Assembly (NCBI RefSeq): GCF_018350175.1
Contig: NC_058368.1
Span: 140,618,001 to 140,682,000 of the forward strand
Direction: 5' to 3'
Length of the DNA: 64,000 bases
Origin: Felis catus
Lineage: Eukaryota
The position numbers were made by a program, and so were the translations under genes. Shown here in pieces: positions 49,391 to 62,142 of the stretch (position 1 is its first letter; every line of letters begins with the position of its first letter). The notes beneath the pieces were generated by a model. It had not been told where the DNA came from. It saw nothing but the letters and a program-made list of their open reading frames with translations, and made no database searches.

Positions 49391-49550
49391 ATGTTTATTT
49401 TCAAGAGAGAGGGAGACATAGAATCTGAAGCAGGCCCCAGGCTGTGAGCTGTCAGCACAAAGCCCGACATGGGGCCCGAACACACGAACTGTGAGATCAT
49501 GACCTGAGCCGAAGTCAGATGCTTAACCGACTGAGCCACTCAGATGCCCC
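49391..49550 (-). mobile_element. CanSINE, host of the L1 above
   Basis: Body ending cagatgcccc; imperfect TSD aggaagaaatactttt (48781) / agggaaaaatattttt (49551). Confidence 0.88.
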
Positions 49551-49653
49551 AGGGAAAAATATTTTTAAAGGAAGTAGCTTAGTTTGTAAAGAATAATTCC
49601 AGCTCTCCAAAGTAACCATGTGTCTTAAAATTCTTCTAAAATTGGCATTCCTT

Positions 49654-50414
49654 GGGGGCACCTGGGTGACTCAGTTGGTTAAGCGCCAAACTCTTGATTT
49701 GGGCTCAGTTCATAATCCCAGGGTCTGTGTGATTGAGCCCCACATCAACTCCACGCTGAGTATAGAGCCTCCTGTAAGATTCTCTCTCTCCCTCTCCCTC
49801 TGCTCTCCCCTGCTTACATGTGTTCATTCTCTCTCTCTCTTGCTCTCTCTCTAAAAATTAAAAAAAAAAAAAATTTTTTTTCTTTAAATTGGCGTTCCTT
49901 ACTGGGCTGGCTTAGTCAGGAGAGGGTGCAACTCTTCACCTTGAGGTCATGAATTCAAGCCCTAAGTTGGGCATAGAGCTTAATAAAAAATAAATAGGGG
50001 TGCCGAGGTGGCTCAGTTGCTTGAGTTTCGGACTCTTGATTTTGGCTCAAGTCATGATCCCAAGGTCAGGGGATGGAGCCATGCTGAGAGTGGGGCCCGC
50101 TTAAGATTCTCTCTCTCTGGGGCACCACTGGGTGACTCAGTCATTAAATATCTGACTTCGGCTCAGGTCATGATCTCACAGTTCATGAGTTCACGTCCCA
50201 CATCGGGTGAGCTTGAGCCCTGCTCCATGTGACCTGGAGCCTGCTTTGGGTGAGCCCCACTTCATGCTCTCACACTGTCTCTCTCTCTGCCCCTCCAGAG
50301 ATTTTCTCTCTCTCTCTCTGCCCCTCGCTCATTTGTGCCCTCCCTCTCTCTCTCAAAACAAAAAAAAATTCTGTCTCCTTCCACCCCTCTCCCCAGCGCG
50401 TGCTCGCTCTCTTG

Positions 50415-50449
<35 letters not shown>

Positions 50450-50678
50450 TCTCTCTAAAATAAAAAATAATTGGTGCCTGGTGGCTCAGACAGTTAAGCG
50501 TCTGACTCTTGGTTTCAGCTCAGGTTATGGTCTCGCAGTTCAGTGAGTTCAGCACCGACAGTGTGGAGCCTGCTTTGGATTCTCCTTCTCTGCCCCTCGT
50601 ATGCTTGAGCATGCACTCCCTCTCTCTCTTTCTCTCAGAATAAATAAACTTAAAATAAAATAAAATTTTATAATAAAT
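49654..50678 (+). mobile_element. Stack of about five nested/tandem CanSINEs
   Basis: Heads at ~49654, ~49902, ~49997, ~50119, ~50473; target site aaattggcRttcct occurs three times. Confidence 0.88.
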
Positions 50679-50874
50679 AAAATTGGCATTCCTGCTAGAA
50701 ATCACAGAAAGTCAGTGGATGAGTGAAGTGGCTAACATTGGTTTTAGGCAAAAACATTGGCTTGTAGATGGAAACAGAACAACTGGGGTAGAAGTTTCTT
50801 AGAGACATAGGGAGGAAGAAGGGTATAAACTCAAACTACTCTGAAAGAAAATCTGGATAGAAATTAAAAGTAGT

Positions 50875-51079
50875 TTTTTTAATGTTTATTTATTTTTGAG
50901 AGCGAGACTGAACGCCAGTGGGGGAGGGTCAGAGAGAGAGGGGGACATAGAATCCGAAGCAGACTCCAGGCTCTGAGCTGCCAGCACAGAGCCCGACACG
51001 GGGCTCAAACTCACCAGCCATGAGATCATGACCTGAGCCGGAGTCCGACACTTAAATGACCAAGCCACCCAGGCGCCCC
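50875..51079 (-). mobile_element. CanSINE
   Basis: Body ending caggcgcccc; aaaagta on both flanks. Confidence 0.9.
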
Positions 51080-52727
51080 AAAAGTAAAAGTCATCTTGAA
51101 TCCCTGAAATTCCCAGTGATGAATGTGGTGTATCATAAAAGACTTGAAGGCCAGGGCTGCCTGAAACCCAGGTGAAGACTAATTTTACCGCTTCATTACA
51201 CCATTTCACTGTGTATATTAGCAGGTTTCCATGGTCAGGTTTCTTAACCTCTCTGAACCTTGTTTTCTTCACTGAAAATGTGCTAAATGTTTCCCATATA
51301 TTGTTTTTAATCTTGACAGCAGCTCACACTGCTATTATTAAGCCCATGTTATAGACTTAGGAAACAGGCTTAGAGAGGTTAACCTGCACAAGGTCGCAAA
51401 GCTTACTAGGCTTCGCAGATACCCCTATTTTCGTGTCTCCAAAACCCCAAACCTTGGACTAGTCTGTAACTTCCATAAAACTTCTCATATTACCGCATAT
51501 AACCTGCATGCAGGTATCTGTTATTAGGGGAAGGGACAAAATGGTGGCAATATGAAAATAAGAGAATGTCATGAACGAGTTATTAAATACTGTTGCTCCT
51601 TCAAACCATGATTCTTCAAATGTTCAGTATTTATTGCTAAGAATAGAGGACATTAACTTTCTATTAATGAAAAGCATATGACTCTGTTTGGAACCCCTCT
51701 CTGGGTTGGCCTTCGGCCCCTTCTTCAACCTTCCCAAAGAAAACTTGCCTTGCCACAAGAGCCGTCTTGAGCAAGGCATAGTTTCCCCGGAAAGAATGAA
51801 GAAAGAAGGGCTTATTGCCGGTGCTGCGCTTGGACCTGCAGCCGATACTGTTCCATCCGCACAGCTGCTAACTCCCTCGCCCTTCCCCTTCAGGACTCAG
51901 CCTCTGATGCTCCTGCTTCCCATCCCAGATGACTCTCCCTGTCCTGTCCTCGCCAGAGGTCTCTATTTCTAATGCAGAGCAATTTAGTTCTAGAAGCCCA
52001 GGAGCTTGCTTGCCACACCCACTCTCCTCTTGTGTGTACGTCAAAAACCATGATGTAAAGATGGACTCTGGGATCAGAACATACGAGAAGTCTTCAGTTT
52101 CCAGAGCTACCTCAGTGGACAATAATTGGAGGGAGAGTTAAATAGCAAGTTGTTTTTTTTTTTTTCTGCCATGTATTTAAAACCAAGATCATGTGTTTAT
52201 TCCATGTATTTGAGGGAATTCAATGGTCTATACCTCACCAGTTACTTGAAGACAAGAGAGCTGGGTTGTCTGAAACTCTAAACCAGACTTCTTCTGGTGA
52301 TGTTTTAAGACTTGCTGTCAGTAAGGATGTCAGGCAGCTGCCTGCCTAGACTTCCTCTTAACCTCCATCTGGTGCTAAGCACACTTCCTTTTGAATCCTG
52401 AAGTATTTTATATGTCTGTGAAATGAAGGTGACAGTGTTGCCTTTCTAAAAAATTTCATGGAAATGCAAATCGAATCCCCCTCTTTCCGCATATGAGCAA
52501 TTAAGAGGACAGACGTTAAGTGATGAAGTCCAGGTTTTCCCTAAGCTGAGAATGGCAAAGAATAAAACCACAGACCTGGAGGGCAGTGGATATCACCATA
52601 TAGAACCATCTTATTTATCTCAGAGCTCCAAGGGCTTTTTCCTACGTGTGACTGAACCAGGGAGAACAGGGTGGGAGAATGGGGTGCTAGGAGGTAAGCA
52701 GATTTAGAGCCTGTACGCAAAAGCTGA

Positions 52728-52890
52728 CAGTGGTTCTCACCCCCAGAGCCAATTGGAAATGGTGGCAGGCACATTTCTGACTGTGAAAATGACTAGGGTC
52801 CCTACTGGTATTTGGTGGGCAGAGGCCAGGGATGCTAGATGACCAGCAGAACATGCACAGCAAAGCTTTTTATTGCCTGAAATTCCTGGA
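52728..52890 (+). mobile_element. MER20-like hAT-Charlie fossil
   Basis: cagtggttctca...ctactggtatttggtgggcagaggccagggatgct. A similar fossil lies on - at ~47340-47520. Confidence 0.6.
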
Positions 52891-53529
52891 GTGCCCCCCT
52901 CAGTCAAGCATCCTAATGCTGGCCGCAGATCAGCTCCTCACATGGAGGCTGGGCTAAGAGCTCGGGGAAGCAGATGGAAGAACATTTAGGAAAAACAGCT
53001 TTATTGCCACCTGTTCTGTGGAACAGTGACCCATTGTTACGTGGCAGAGGAGGCATTCTAGAGCAGTGGCGTTCATGTGAGTCATGTGCCCTTGGTGGGT
53101 CATGAAATCAATTTAGTGAGTCACATCAGCAGTCCTTAAAAAAGAATAGAATAAAAGCAAATTGAAGGTACCAGAGTGTATCCCAGTAGTATGGCTAAGT
53201 ATTTTGTAGTGCGTGTGTGTGTGCACGTGACCGTGTGTTTCCCAGCGAAAGATGTAAGTTGTATTTTTTGCTGTGGATCCCTGTAAAAATGTATGACAGA
53301 CCCTTTTCTAAAAGTTCTACTCTTGTTCCTGACTCTTGAAACATCTGAAAGGGACACAACAGCCTGAAGGGACCTCTTGACGATATTTGCAGCCATCCCT
53401 TTTCCAAGATTCTCTGTAAATGGTTAAAGGAGCACGATTGTCAAAAACTTTGTTAAAGATTTAGGGGATTCCTCTCACTTCTATCTCTAATCTCTGCCTC
53501 GCATATTTTCTTGCAAGTACTTTTATAGT

Positions 53530-54670
53530 TTTAGATCTAATTCATTCTTTCAAAGTGTACACTTTAATGGTGTTCAATATATTCAAAAAACTGTGCAACC
53601 GTAATTTCCATAATTCTAAAACATTCACCCCAAAAAGAAACCCCAGAGAAAATGTTCTCAGATAGTGTGTGCATTTTATCATATGTGATATCATTTCAGT
53701 TACAAAAAAAAAAATTACACCTGTATTCATTAATGGTTATTACCTATTCTCCCCTATAGCAGAGCAACCGTTAATCTATTTTCTATCTCAATAGATTGGC
53801 CTGTTGTTGATATTTCATATGAACAGAATCACACAGTATCTGGTCTATTGTGACCTACTTCTTTGACTTGATATAGTGTTTTTAAGGTTCACCCATGTTT
53901 TAGCATGAATCAGTACTTCGTTCCATTTTATTGACAGACAAAATTCCATTGTATGGCTGTACCACATTTTGTCTATCCATTCATCAGTTAAGGAACATTT
54001 GAGTTATTTCCCCTTAAGGGGTATTATGAATAATTGAGCATTCATATACATGTTTTTGTGTGAACGTATGTTTTCTGTTCTCTTGGATATACACCTGAGA
54101 GTGGAATTGCTGGGTCATATGGTAATTCTGTGTTTACTTTCAAAAAACTGCCAAAATATTTTCTAAGTGGCTATAGTTTACATTCCTACCAACAAGGTAT
54201 GAATTGAGAAAATATCTATTCAAATCTTTTGCCCATTTTTGATTGGGCTGGGGTTTTTTGGGGTTTTTTTTTTTGAGATGCAAGACTTCTTTGTATCCCT
54301 TTTTCGATGCATAATTTGCAAATATTTTCTCCCCTTCTGTGAGTTGTCTTTTTATTAATAGTGTCCTTTGAAGCATAAAGGTTTTACTTTTCATGAACTC
54401 CAATTTATCTTTTTTTCTTTTGTCACTAGTACTTTTGGTATCCTAACTAAGAAACCATTGCCTGATCCAGGAGGAACAAAGATTTATGCCTAGGTTTTCT
54501 TTCAAATAGTTTTAGCTGCTGCATTTAGTTCTTTGATGTCTTGTGAGTTAATTTTGTTTATGGTGTGAGGTAGGGGTCTGACTTCTTTCTTTTAAATGTG
54601 AATGTCCAGTTATCCCAGAATCATTTGTTGGAAACACCGTTCTCTCCTTAATGAAATGTATTGATGCCTA
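53530..54670 (-). mobile_element. Old L1 (L1M-type) 3' end
   Basis: Antisense L1 text: attccattgtatggctgtaccacattttgtctatccattcatcagtt, gagtggaattgctgggtcatatggtaattct. Confidence 0.9.
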
Positions 54671-54892
54671 TATTACATCTTAAAAGCAAATAAGTGCAGC
54701 TTTGGAGAACAAATATTGTAAAAGCCAAACTCACCTGTGAGCTGGATTTCCTTAACATTCTCAGTCCTTTGTTTCTTCATGAATGAAATGTGGAAAATCA
54801 GTCTTTCCAACTGTGTGTTTCAGGATGTGTATGAAGGAAGGAGATAAAGAATACCATAGTAAAAAGTAGTCCTTTCATAATTTTTTTTCCAG

Positions 54893-55042
54893 GATGTAAT
54901 TTCACACAGAACAAAGCTGAATAAGAAAAAACATGGAGAAATGCAAATACTGAATAACACTGACAGCCAGGGAATTAAAAGTTTAAGTAAGGAGAGGAGA
55001 AAAACACTAGAAACGTATCAGCAGCTGTTTTATCTTTTACAG
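54893..55042 (+). CDS. IQGAP2: IQGAP2 exon J
   Basis: tccag|GAT...CAG|gtgaga; 150 nt; DVISHRTKLNKKKHGEMQILNNTDSQGIKSLSKERRKTLETYQQLFYLLQ. Confidence 0.96.
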
Positions 55043-55139
55043 GTGAGAACATTTGCTTTTACTCTAAGTTTTGGATCGATATGTTTTGGATCATTCTAAG
55101 TTTTATGGTTTACAGTGCAATTTCCCCCGTGCTAAAGTT

Positions 55140-55370
55140 GTGGTAGCTGACATGTTTTGAGCGCCTACTAAGTACCACGTGTCATTCTGGGATGTTTGGC
55201 ATTCATTATCCCATGGAATTCTTACTACAACCCTGGGAACCATCAGAAAATAGTAATTATTGTTATTCCCCTATTATGTGTGAGAAAACTGAGACACAGC
55301 CGGCAGAGGGTAAAGCAACGGTATTGGAAACCAGTCAGTTTGACTTTGGAGCCCCTGCTTTCGTGACATT
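55140..55370 (-). mobile_element. MIR SINE
   Basis: tttgagcgcctactaagtacca...attatcccatggaattcttactacaaccctg...tgagaaaactgagacacag. Confidence 0.65.
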
Positions 55371-57806
55371 ATATTATAGTTATCTTCAGAAACCGTATAC
55401 ACCTAATAATAACATAAGTAGATGCTGTCAGCCATGAAAAAAAGTATGTGAAAAATGGATCTTGACCTGTACCAGCTTGCCCCTCATGCAAGAAAAGAGC
55501 CAGAGAGTTTGGATTGGGAAATAGGGTATCTTTTTTATTTCATTATTTTCATGCCATTACTCTGATGTAAATGAACCATAATTCTCTACTGCTTCCAGGG
55601 TGCAGGTGAAAGCTAATCAGCTGAGCTGCTTGTGGTTGGACTGTGGTAGACCAGCTATTGTTTTGGTTAATCCCTCATTCACCTCATCTACCCTACTAGC
55701 TCATCCACTTAGTCCCAAGGAAACTGAGTAAGCGCTAGTGATAAACAAAGCCTCCCCTTGGGCAGGAAACCTTTCCCCCAAAAGTTCAATCAGCCCGACT
55801 TGCCTGAGTCGGGTGTCCCTTTGTGTGGCTGCTTCTGCTTGTGATGGTGATGCCCTCAAGGCCTGGAGGTGCCTGAATCTTTGCCTGAGGATGGCTCTGG
55901 CAGGAGGTATACAGAGAACACATTACTCAAACCATGAATGAAGTGTGGTTTGCCCCAAGGAGAGAAGTTATGTTAACTTTAGCAGGGTTGAGAAGTCTAC
56001 CTGGAATAATAGATTGTAAAGCAAGTGTAGTGCCACAGACGGCCACAATGTGGCAGCATACAGAAAATGTTAAAACGGTATTGTTCCAGGAATCCATTGC
56101 TTAATTAACACCAGCAACCATCCCAGAAAGGAAGGGTTTTTGTCTACCTAAATTAGAAGACTAGTCATGCACCACTTGGAAATTTAATCTTTGACATTTA
56201 TTCTTTTTGATATCCGTGAACCTCCCAAATGTATGAGGCTTCTTTAGGATTCAGCTTGTAATGTTAGATTTTGATAGATTTTGTGTCATAAGGAAAGTGG
56301 AAGTAGTCATTGGCCTAAGACTTCTATTTTTTACCCTGTTCCATAAGTAGAGACCCACTAATAGAAAGGGTAAAAAGCACAGGAACATATTGAGAATATT
56401 CCCACCAAGTTGGATTCCCCAAACAACCCAAAACTGATCGTCCCAGAGCATGCCCGTTCAGTTGTACAAAAGGAAGTGTCTCTTGAAACCGTGTATTTTT
56501 CTTCACTTTTCCTCTCTCTCCTTTGGAGACATTAGCCCAAGATCATTGAGGAAACTGTATAAAAGCAAGTGGTCTGGATTTGGCCTTTGGTTACTGCCTT
56601 GGCAAGAATTATTAGCCAAAGCACAGGACAGCTAATATAGAGATTGTTGAGTTTGCCTCTTCAGTATGAGCCTAAATGTAAAACTTTTAGGTCATCTGGG
56701 AGGAACGAGGAGTAGGATTCTTTAGCTTTAGAGTGAGTTTCCTTTCTCATAATCCCATGCTTAGTGTGGGAAAAGAATCACTGTAGCACCGTAAAGAAAA
56801 ACGTCCTCAGCTACTGCTTCAGAAAATTTCAGCCAATAATTATTGAGCTCGAAAGTAAATTTAGTAGTAAAGTAAACGAGAATTCGTGTTTTCTTAAAAA
56901 CTTTGAAGCAAAACTGCTTGGGTGTATTAAGTGAACACGAGTTTCCACGTATGGAAAAGTTTCTTTTCTCATCGGAAGGAAGGTGAAGGGTAGGATATTT
57001 ACTTTCTTTGCATGAATGTTTTCCTCTCTTGCCTAAATAATAGTTTTTCTCCTCTAACACCTCCTCTAACACCAGCCCTCTACACCGGGCTGGTGTAGCT
57101 GTGGGAGACAACCCATATAACCCGAAGTCTGGTGTTGTTATCTCAGGAGCCCCACCCTGAGCGGAGCCCTCAGAACTCCACATCAGTTTTCTTTTTTTAA
57201 TTCTTGAGTTCTCAGGTGTCTTTTTTACCCCCTGTCACTTTCTTCTGCTTTTCGTCTATCAACTGTCCTGACCTTCACCCTTCTCTTCAGCCTCCCTACC
57301 CCACTCCTACCTTCTCTCTCCTTGGAAAACATCATGACCATCCCACTGTCTCTACATGCAAACATACCCTTTTTCTAGACTCAGAATATAGGATGTATTT
57401 CCTTCTATTCATTCAGCAGTCCTTCTGGAATAGTCTGTTTCACTGGGCCCTTGTTTCATTATTGCCAGTATCTTCGGATACCAGCTTCTGTTTTCCACCC
57501 CCTCTCTCTTCTGTGTCTCTGTAATAAATATTAATATGTGACTTGAAATGGTTAACAGTATAAAGTGCACACAGTTGTATTTCATTAAATAAATAAATCC
57601 TGTCGTAGCTTTCTAATATAACTTCCTGTGGTATCGATATTAGCTGATACCTTTTAAAGTATTATTTTGTGCCAGATATTCCACTAGAGGCTTTATGCAT
57701 ATTAAATTACTGAAGGGCAGGGAATTGGGTACTCCTTTCTGCTTTAATAATATATTAACATACAGTTTTGGGGGGGACTTTGTCTCTCTTCTCTCTTTTC
57801 TTTTAG

Positions 57807-57970
57807 ACCAATCCTTTATATCTGGCTAAGCTGATTTTCCAGATGCCACAGAACAAGTCAACTAAATTTATGGATACTGTTATTTTCACACTATACAATT
57901 ATGCTTCCAATCAGCGAGAAGAATATCTACTCCTCAAGCTTTTTAAGACAGCTCTGGAGGAAGAAATAAA
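57807..57970 (+). CDS. IQGAP2: IQGAP2 exon K (GRD start)
   Basis: tttag|ACC...ATA AA|gtaggt; 164 nt; TNPLYLAKLIFQMPQNKSTKFMDTVIFTLYNYASNQREEYLLLKLFKTALEEEI. Confidence 0.97.
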
Positions 57971-58659
57971 GTAGGTATATAAATATATATGTAAAGATAT
58001 TAATGAATAGATCATTTTAGATTATCATTATTTGCTAAAATAATATTTAAATTATTCTCAGAAATGACTCATACATATTAAAGTGTATCAAATTCCTTAA
58101 GAAATTTCTACATCACTATAGATACATTCATGTATAGCTTTCTCCCACCAGTGATACCTTTTTTTACTGCTAAATTAACTTTTGATTTTGCAAGTATGCA
58201 ACAACTTGAAAATCAAAAGGTTTTTGAAAGTCAGTGAGAAAAAATTTAACTTAATTAAAATTCTGTGAATAATAAAGTTATAAACAGATGGGGGTAACAA
58301 TCTCTGCCAAATACTCTTTTTATACGTCTCTTACTGGAATTAAACTGCTTTTCGCTGATTTCAGATTCAGTTAAGGTAAGGAAAAAAATGTGGATGTCTA
58401 TACTAAGTGGGGGGAAAAAAAAAATGAAAATGCCCTTACAACTAGCTGGAACCTTAACTGCCTTCCTGGCTTCTTAATACCTTAAGCTATACTATTTCCT
58501 ACAGATCTCTGAAGCATATTAGCGAGGAACCTCTGCCCTCAGGGTATCTGTGAACCAACATGAGAAATATATGGGAATGTGTGCACTGAAATAAATAAGT
58601 ACTAATGAATGATCCATATCGTGTAACAGATCAGAGGGATGGAAAGAAAAGTCCCAGTT

Positions 58660-58810
58660 CCAAATGGTATTGTAATATAGTGATGTAACAGGACAGATGG
58701 CTGCTACGCTTGTGGTAAACCTAGCATAACATATAAACTTGTCAGAACACGAAGTTGTATACCTGAAACTAACATTGTGTGTCATCGGTCCTCAAATTAA
58801 GAAGTAATAA
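58660..58810 (+). mobile_element. Carnivore L1 3' terminal fragment
   Basis: ggacagatggctgctacgcttgtggt...gttgtatacctgaaactaacattgtgtgtca. Confidence 0.7.
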
Positions 58811-58829
58811 ATATATACATACATACATA

Positions 58830-59780
58830 CGGAAAGCTCCAGTTAAATTAGGTCACTCAATAAAGATTTTGTGGAAGAGGAAGTCATTGATCCAAATCCT
58901 TGAAGAATATCTATAGTTTTTTATAAGAAAAAGTGGAAAAGGGAAATAAGGCACACCGCTGACAGAAACAGCACGGGCCAAAGTCCAAGAAAGCCAGTAG
59001 GATCAATCTAGCCAAGATGCGATTTAACCCAGATGACTGGGAGGTGGAGCTAAAAGGATAGGTTGGGCCAGATCACGGGAGTCGCTGAGTATAGGCCTGA
59101 GTGAAAGGCACTGTTTACTTCCTGTGAAGGTGTGAAAGGTCTTTGAGTGGGGTATTGACCCAGCCGCTTTGGGTTTTTAGAAGAATTGTTCTGCTGCTGT
59201 GTATGAATAGAATAGATTATAGCTGCCCAGGTCAGAAAAATGGGGGGAGTCAGAAGGCAAAAGATGTAGTTGGGAGTGTTAGAGCAATATGAGCTACAGG
59301 TATAGAATTTATGGGTGAAAATGCTCAGCAGAAAACTGGAAATTGAAGACCCAACTCCCAGGAAGGAGAAGTGGATTACTCACTGGGCTCAGAGGACCAT
59401 TTCCAGAGATGGTAATTGAAGTTGCACGTATGAGTGAGGTCTGAGGTTAGATCATGGAGAAAGACCTGAGTGGGAACAGTTAAAATGTGGGAAGCGGAGC
59501 AGCAAAGGAAAAAGAGGGAATGACTGAGTAAGGTAAGAACCGGAATGCAGCTCTTTGAGACTGTAAAGGAAAAGGGGGTACAGAGGGGGCCAGTGGTCGT
59601 GCGGGAGCGTCAGAGGTTGCACAGAGGTGAAAGGGAGGAGGAGAAGGGGCGCTCACGGGAGTTGGCAGTCAGCAGTCGAGAAAAGCTCTCTCAGCCATGT
59701 GACATAGTCTCAGCCAGAAGCTGCCCCGCAGTCAATTTGGGATTCGAAGAAGCGGAGTTAGTTCATTGAATCAAGAAAGT
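58830..59780 (-). mobile_element. Probable L2 remnant
   Basis: Purine-rich degenerate text typical of antisense L2 (taggttgggccagatcacggg, gaattgttctgctgctgtgtatgaatagaatag, atggtaattgaagttgc). Similar tracts at ~4650-5100, 9080-9800 and 11670-12700. Confidence 0.55.
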
Positions 59781-60086
59781 TGTTTTTGAAATTTGGTAAC
59801 TAGACGGGACATAATACTTGCACAGTGGTACCCTGTATTCTTCTTAGTGTTGGTCCACTTTCAGTTCCTTCCTGCCTTCTAGACTGAAATTGAGGCTGAG
59901 CATTTAGGTTTTAAGTGCTTGAGTCCCTCAAATAAGGAACACACGTGTCAGAAATGATCGCTTCCTTTTAAACCACACCATCTTTGATTTTCATGGAGCA
60001 AGTCCTTGCTTGCCAGAGGGACCATACACTGTTGAAAACTCTGTACATAGAGGCAAACCACTTGTTTTGGTCTGGGCTTGTTTTAG

Positions 60087-60311
60087 GTCAAAGGTGGATC
60101 AGGTACAGGACATAGTGACTGGGAACCCCACCGTCATCAAGATGGTTGTGAGCTTCAACAGGGGGGCCCGTGGACAGAACACCCTGCGCCAGCTCCTGGC
60201 TCCCGTAGTGAAAGAGATCCTCGATGACAAGTCCCTGACCATCAACACAAACCCCGTAGAGGTGTACAAGGCTTGGGTGAACCAACTAGAAACACAGACT
60301 GGAGAAGCCAG
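60087..60311 (+). CDS. IQGAP2: IQGAP2 exon L (GRD)
   Basis: tttag|G...GCC AG|gtaact; 225 nt; SKVDQVQDIVTGNPTVIKMVVSFNRGARGQNTLRQLLAPVVKEILDDKSLTINTNPVEVYKAWVNQLETQTGEA. Confidence 0.97.
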
Positions 60312-60413
60312 GTAACTGAGGCCGGAAGATGTTGGTTTTGCAGTCGTGTTTTATTACCATTTTTACGTGGTTATTATATATACTCTTAAACTCTGTTAAA
60401 AGAACAAAATATA

Positions 60414-60938
60414 GGGGCACCCGGGTGGCTCAGTCTGTTAAGTGTCCAGCTCTTGGTTCCAGCTTAGGTCATGATCCCACAGTTCATGGGTTTGAGCCCC
60501 ACATCAGGCTCTATGCTCACAGTGCAGAGCCTGCTTTGGATTCTCTCTCTCTTTCTCTCTCTCTCTCTTTGTCTCTCTCTCTGCCGCCCTCCACCCTTCC
60601 TCCCCCCAGTCCCCAGCCACTGCTCATGCTCTCTCTCTCAAAATAAATAAAAGCTTTTTAAAAAAAGTTTAAAAAAAAAACAAAATTTACTATCCAGAGT
60701 CAGTTTTCAATTCAAGATGTTTGGGGCGCCTGGGTGGTGCAGTCGGTTAAGCATCCGACTTCAGCCAGGTCACGATCTCGTGGTCTGGGAGTTCGAGCCC
60801 CGCGTCGGGCTCTGGGCTGATGGCTCAGAGCCTGGAGCCTGTTTCCGATTCTGTGTCTCCCTCTCTCTCTGCCCCTCCCCCGTTCATGCTCTGTCTCTCT
60901 CCCAAAAAAAATAAACGTTGAAAAAAAAATTTTTTCTA
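60414..60938 (+). mobile_element. Two CanSINEs (~60414-60680 older; 60723-60938 young SINEC_Fc)
   Basis: The young copy has TSD aagatgtt at 60714-60721 and 60939-60946. Confidence 0.9.
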
Positions 60939-61519
60939 AAGATGTTACTCCCTTTAACATATCCATGCAGGCCACATTCTTGGACTCATCTTGGTTTTGC
61001 ATGGTATTTTCACATTTCAGTACCAGTTGAGCCCCAAAGCCACAATTTCTGTAATTCTCTGCCTTGGTTCTTCGTCGTGTGTTTCTAAACCTAGACCTAG
61101 AAATGGCACACCTCCTCACCTGATGATATGCACTGTTTCACAACTCCCAAGTGAGTGGCTTGCCTGCGTAAGCATTAATAAGCCAGGTGGAATGGGCTTA
61201 TTCTGGGTGGTAGTTTGTAGATCTAAGCAATCCCGGCTTTTTATTTTCTGCAAAAGGATGCCTTGTGCAATAGTTGAGATACGCACAGAGAATTACATGG
61301 ATGGTTCTCACGCACTGTCTGTAACAGCAAAAAGTTGGGGAAAGTCAAAATATTTAGCTTTGAGGAATTTGTTAAATAAATGTTTGTATAACACATAGTA
61401 GACTAATAACTGTTTGGAATGATGATATATTTTTATCGGTATGGAAAAATGCTTGTATAGTTTTCAGTTGCAGGTGGGTAAAATAACCCACTTTCTATAA
61501 AATGTATATACGTGTGTAT

Positions 61520-61522
<3 letters not shown>

Positions 61523-61556
<34 letters not shown>
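61523..61556. repeat. (CA)17 microsatellite
   Basis: Direct read; part of a purine/pyrimidine alternation running from 61502. Confidence 0.95.
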
Positions 61557-61558
<2 letters not shown>

Positions 61559-62001
61559 TAGGATCTGTGTGGGATATGCCTAGGCACCAACTCCATTATA
61601 TCCAGGTGTATGGAAGGCCCACATACCCAGAATTATACAGTAGTACGTAGAGAGCTATGCATCAAGATGTGAAAAATGGTTGTCTCTAGGTTGGTATTGT
61701 TGTTCACCTATATGCATTTTTTTTTCTGTAAGGAACATACTGCTTTTTTGTAATTGAAGAGATAGAAAGTTAGGTTTATATCATTTGAGTTGCCCGTTAT
61801 TTTGCCAGAAGAGCCCCAAGAGGGAGCCTGAAGTCCCCCTGATCCACTAGTGACAGAGGGACTGTCTGGGCACGTAGGGCCTCCCCTGTGTGGGTAGAGT
61901 CCGCTTCACTGTACAAAGCTTGATAGTAGAAACAGCTTGGCAAGGACACAAATGCTTATTCCAAGGCCCCAATTAATCGAAGGCCCTTGTTGTGTTTTCA
62001 G

Positions 62002-62142
62002 CAAGCTGCCTTATGATGTGACCACAGAACAAGCTCTGACATACCCAGAAGTGAAAAATAAACTGGAGGCATCCATTGAGAACCTGAGAAGGGTCACGGA
62101 CAAAGTCCTGAAATCTATCATTTCTTCCCGAGATCTACTACC
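62002..62142 (+). CDS. IQGAP2: IQGAP2 exon M (GRD)
   Basis: ttcag|C...CC|gtaagt; 141 nt; KLPYDVTTEQALTYPEVKNKLEASIENLRRVTDKVLKSIISSRDLL. Confidence 0.97.

Noticed and set aside
8057..60938. tRNA-like A/B-box heads (gtggctcagtcggttaag...gagttcgagccc)
   Set aside because: These are tRNA-derived CanSINE heads followed by (CT)n and poly(A), not tRNA genes.
18522..61119. Recurrent ORFs sharing RETEHERGRGRERGRHRIGNRLQ... (18522, 22719, 35445, 60712; also 13932) that look like a gene family
   Set aside because: They are translations of SINEC_Fc copies. Only the 13992-14162 copy is kept, as a splice candidate.
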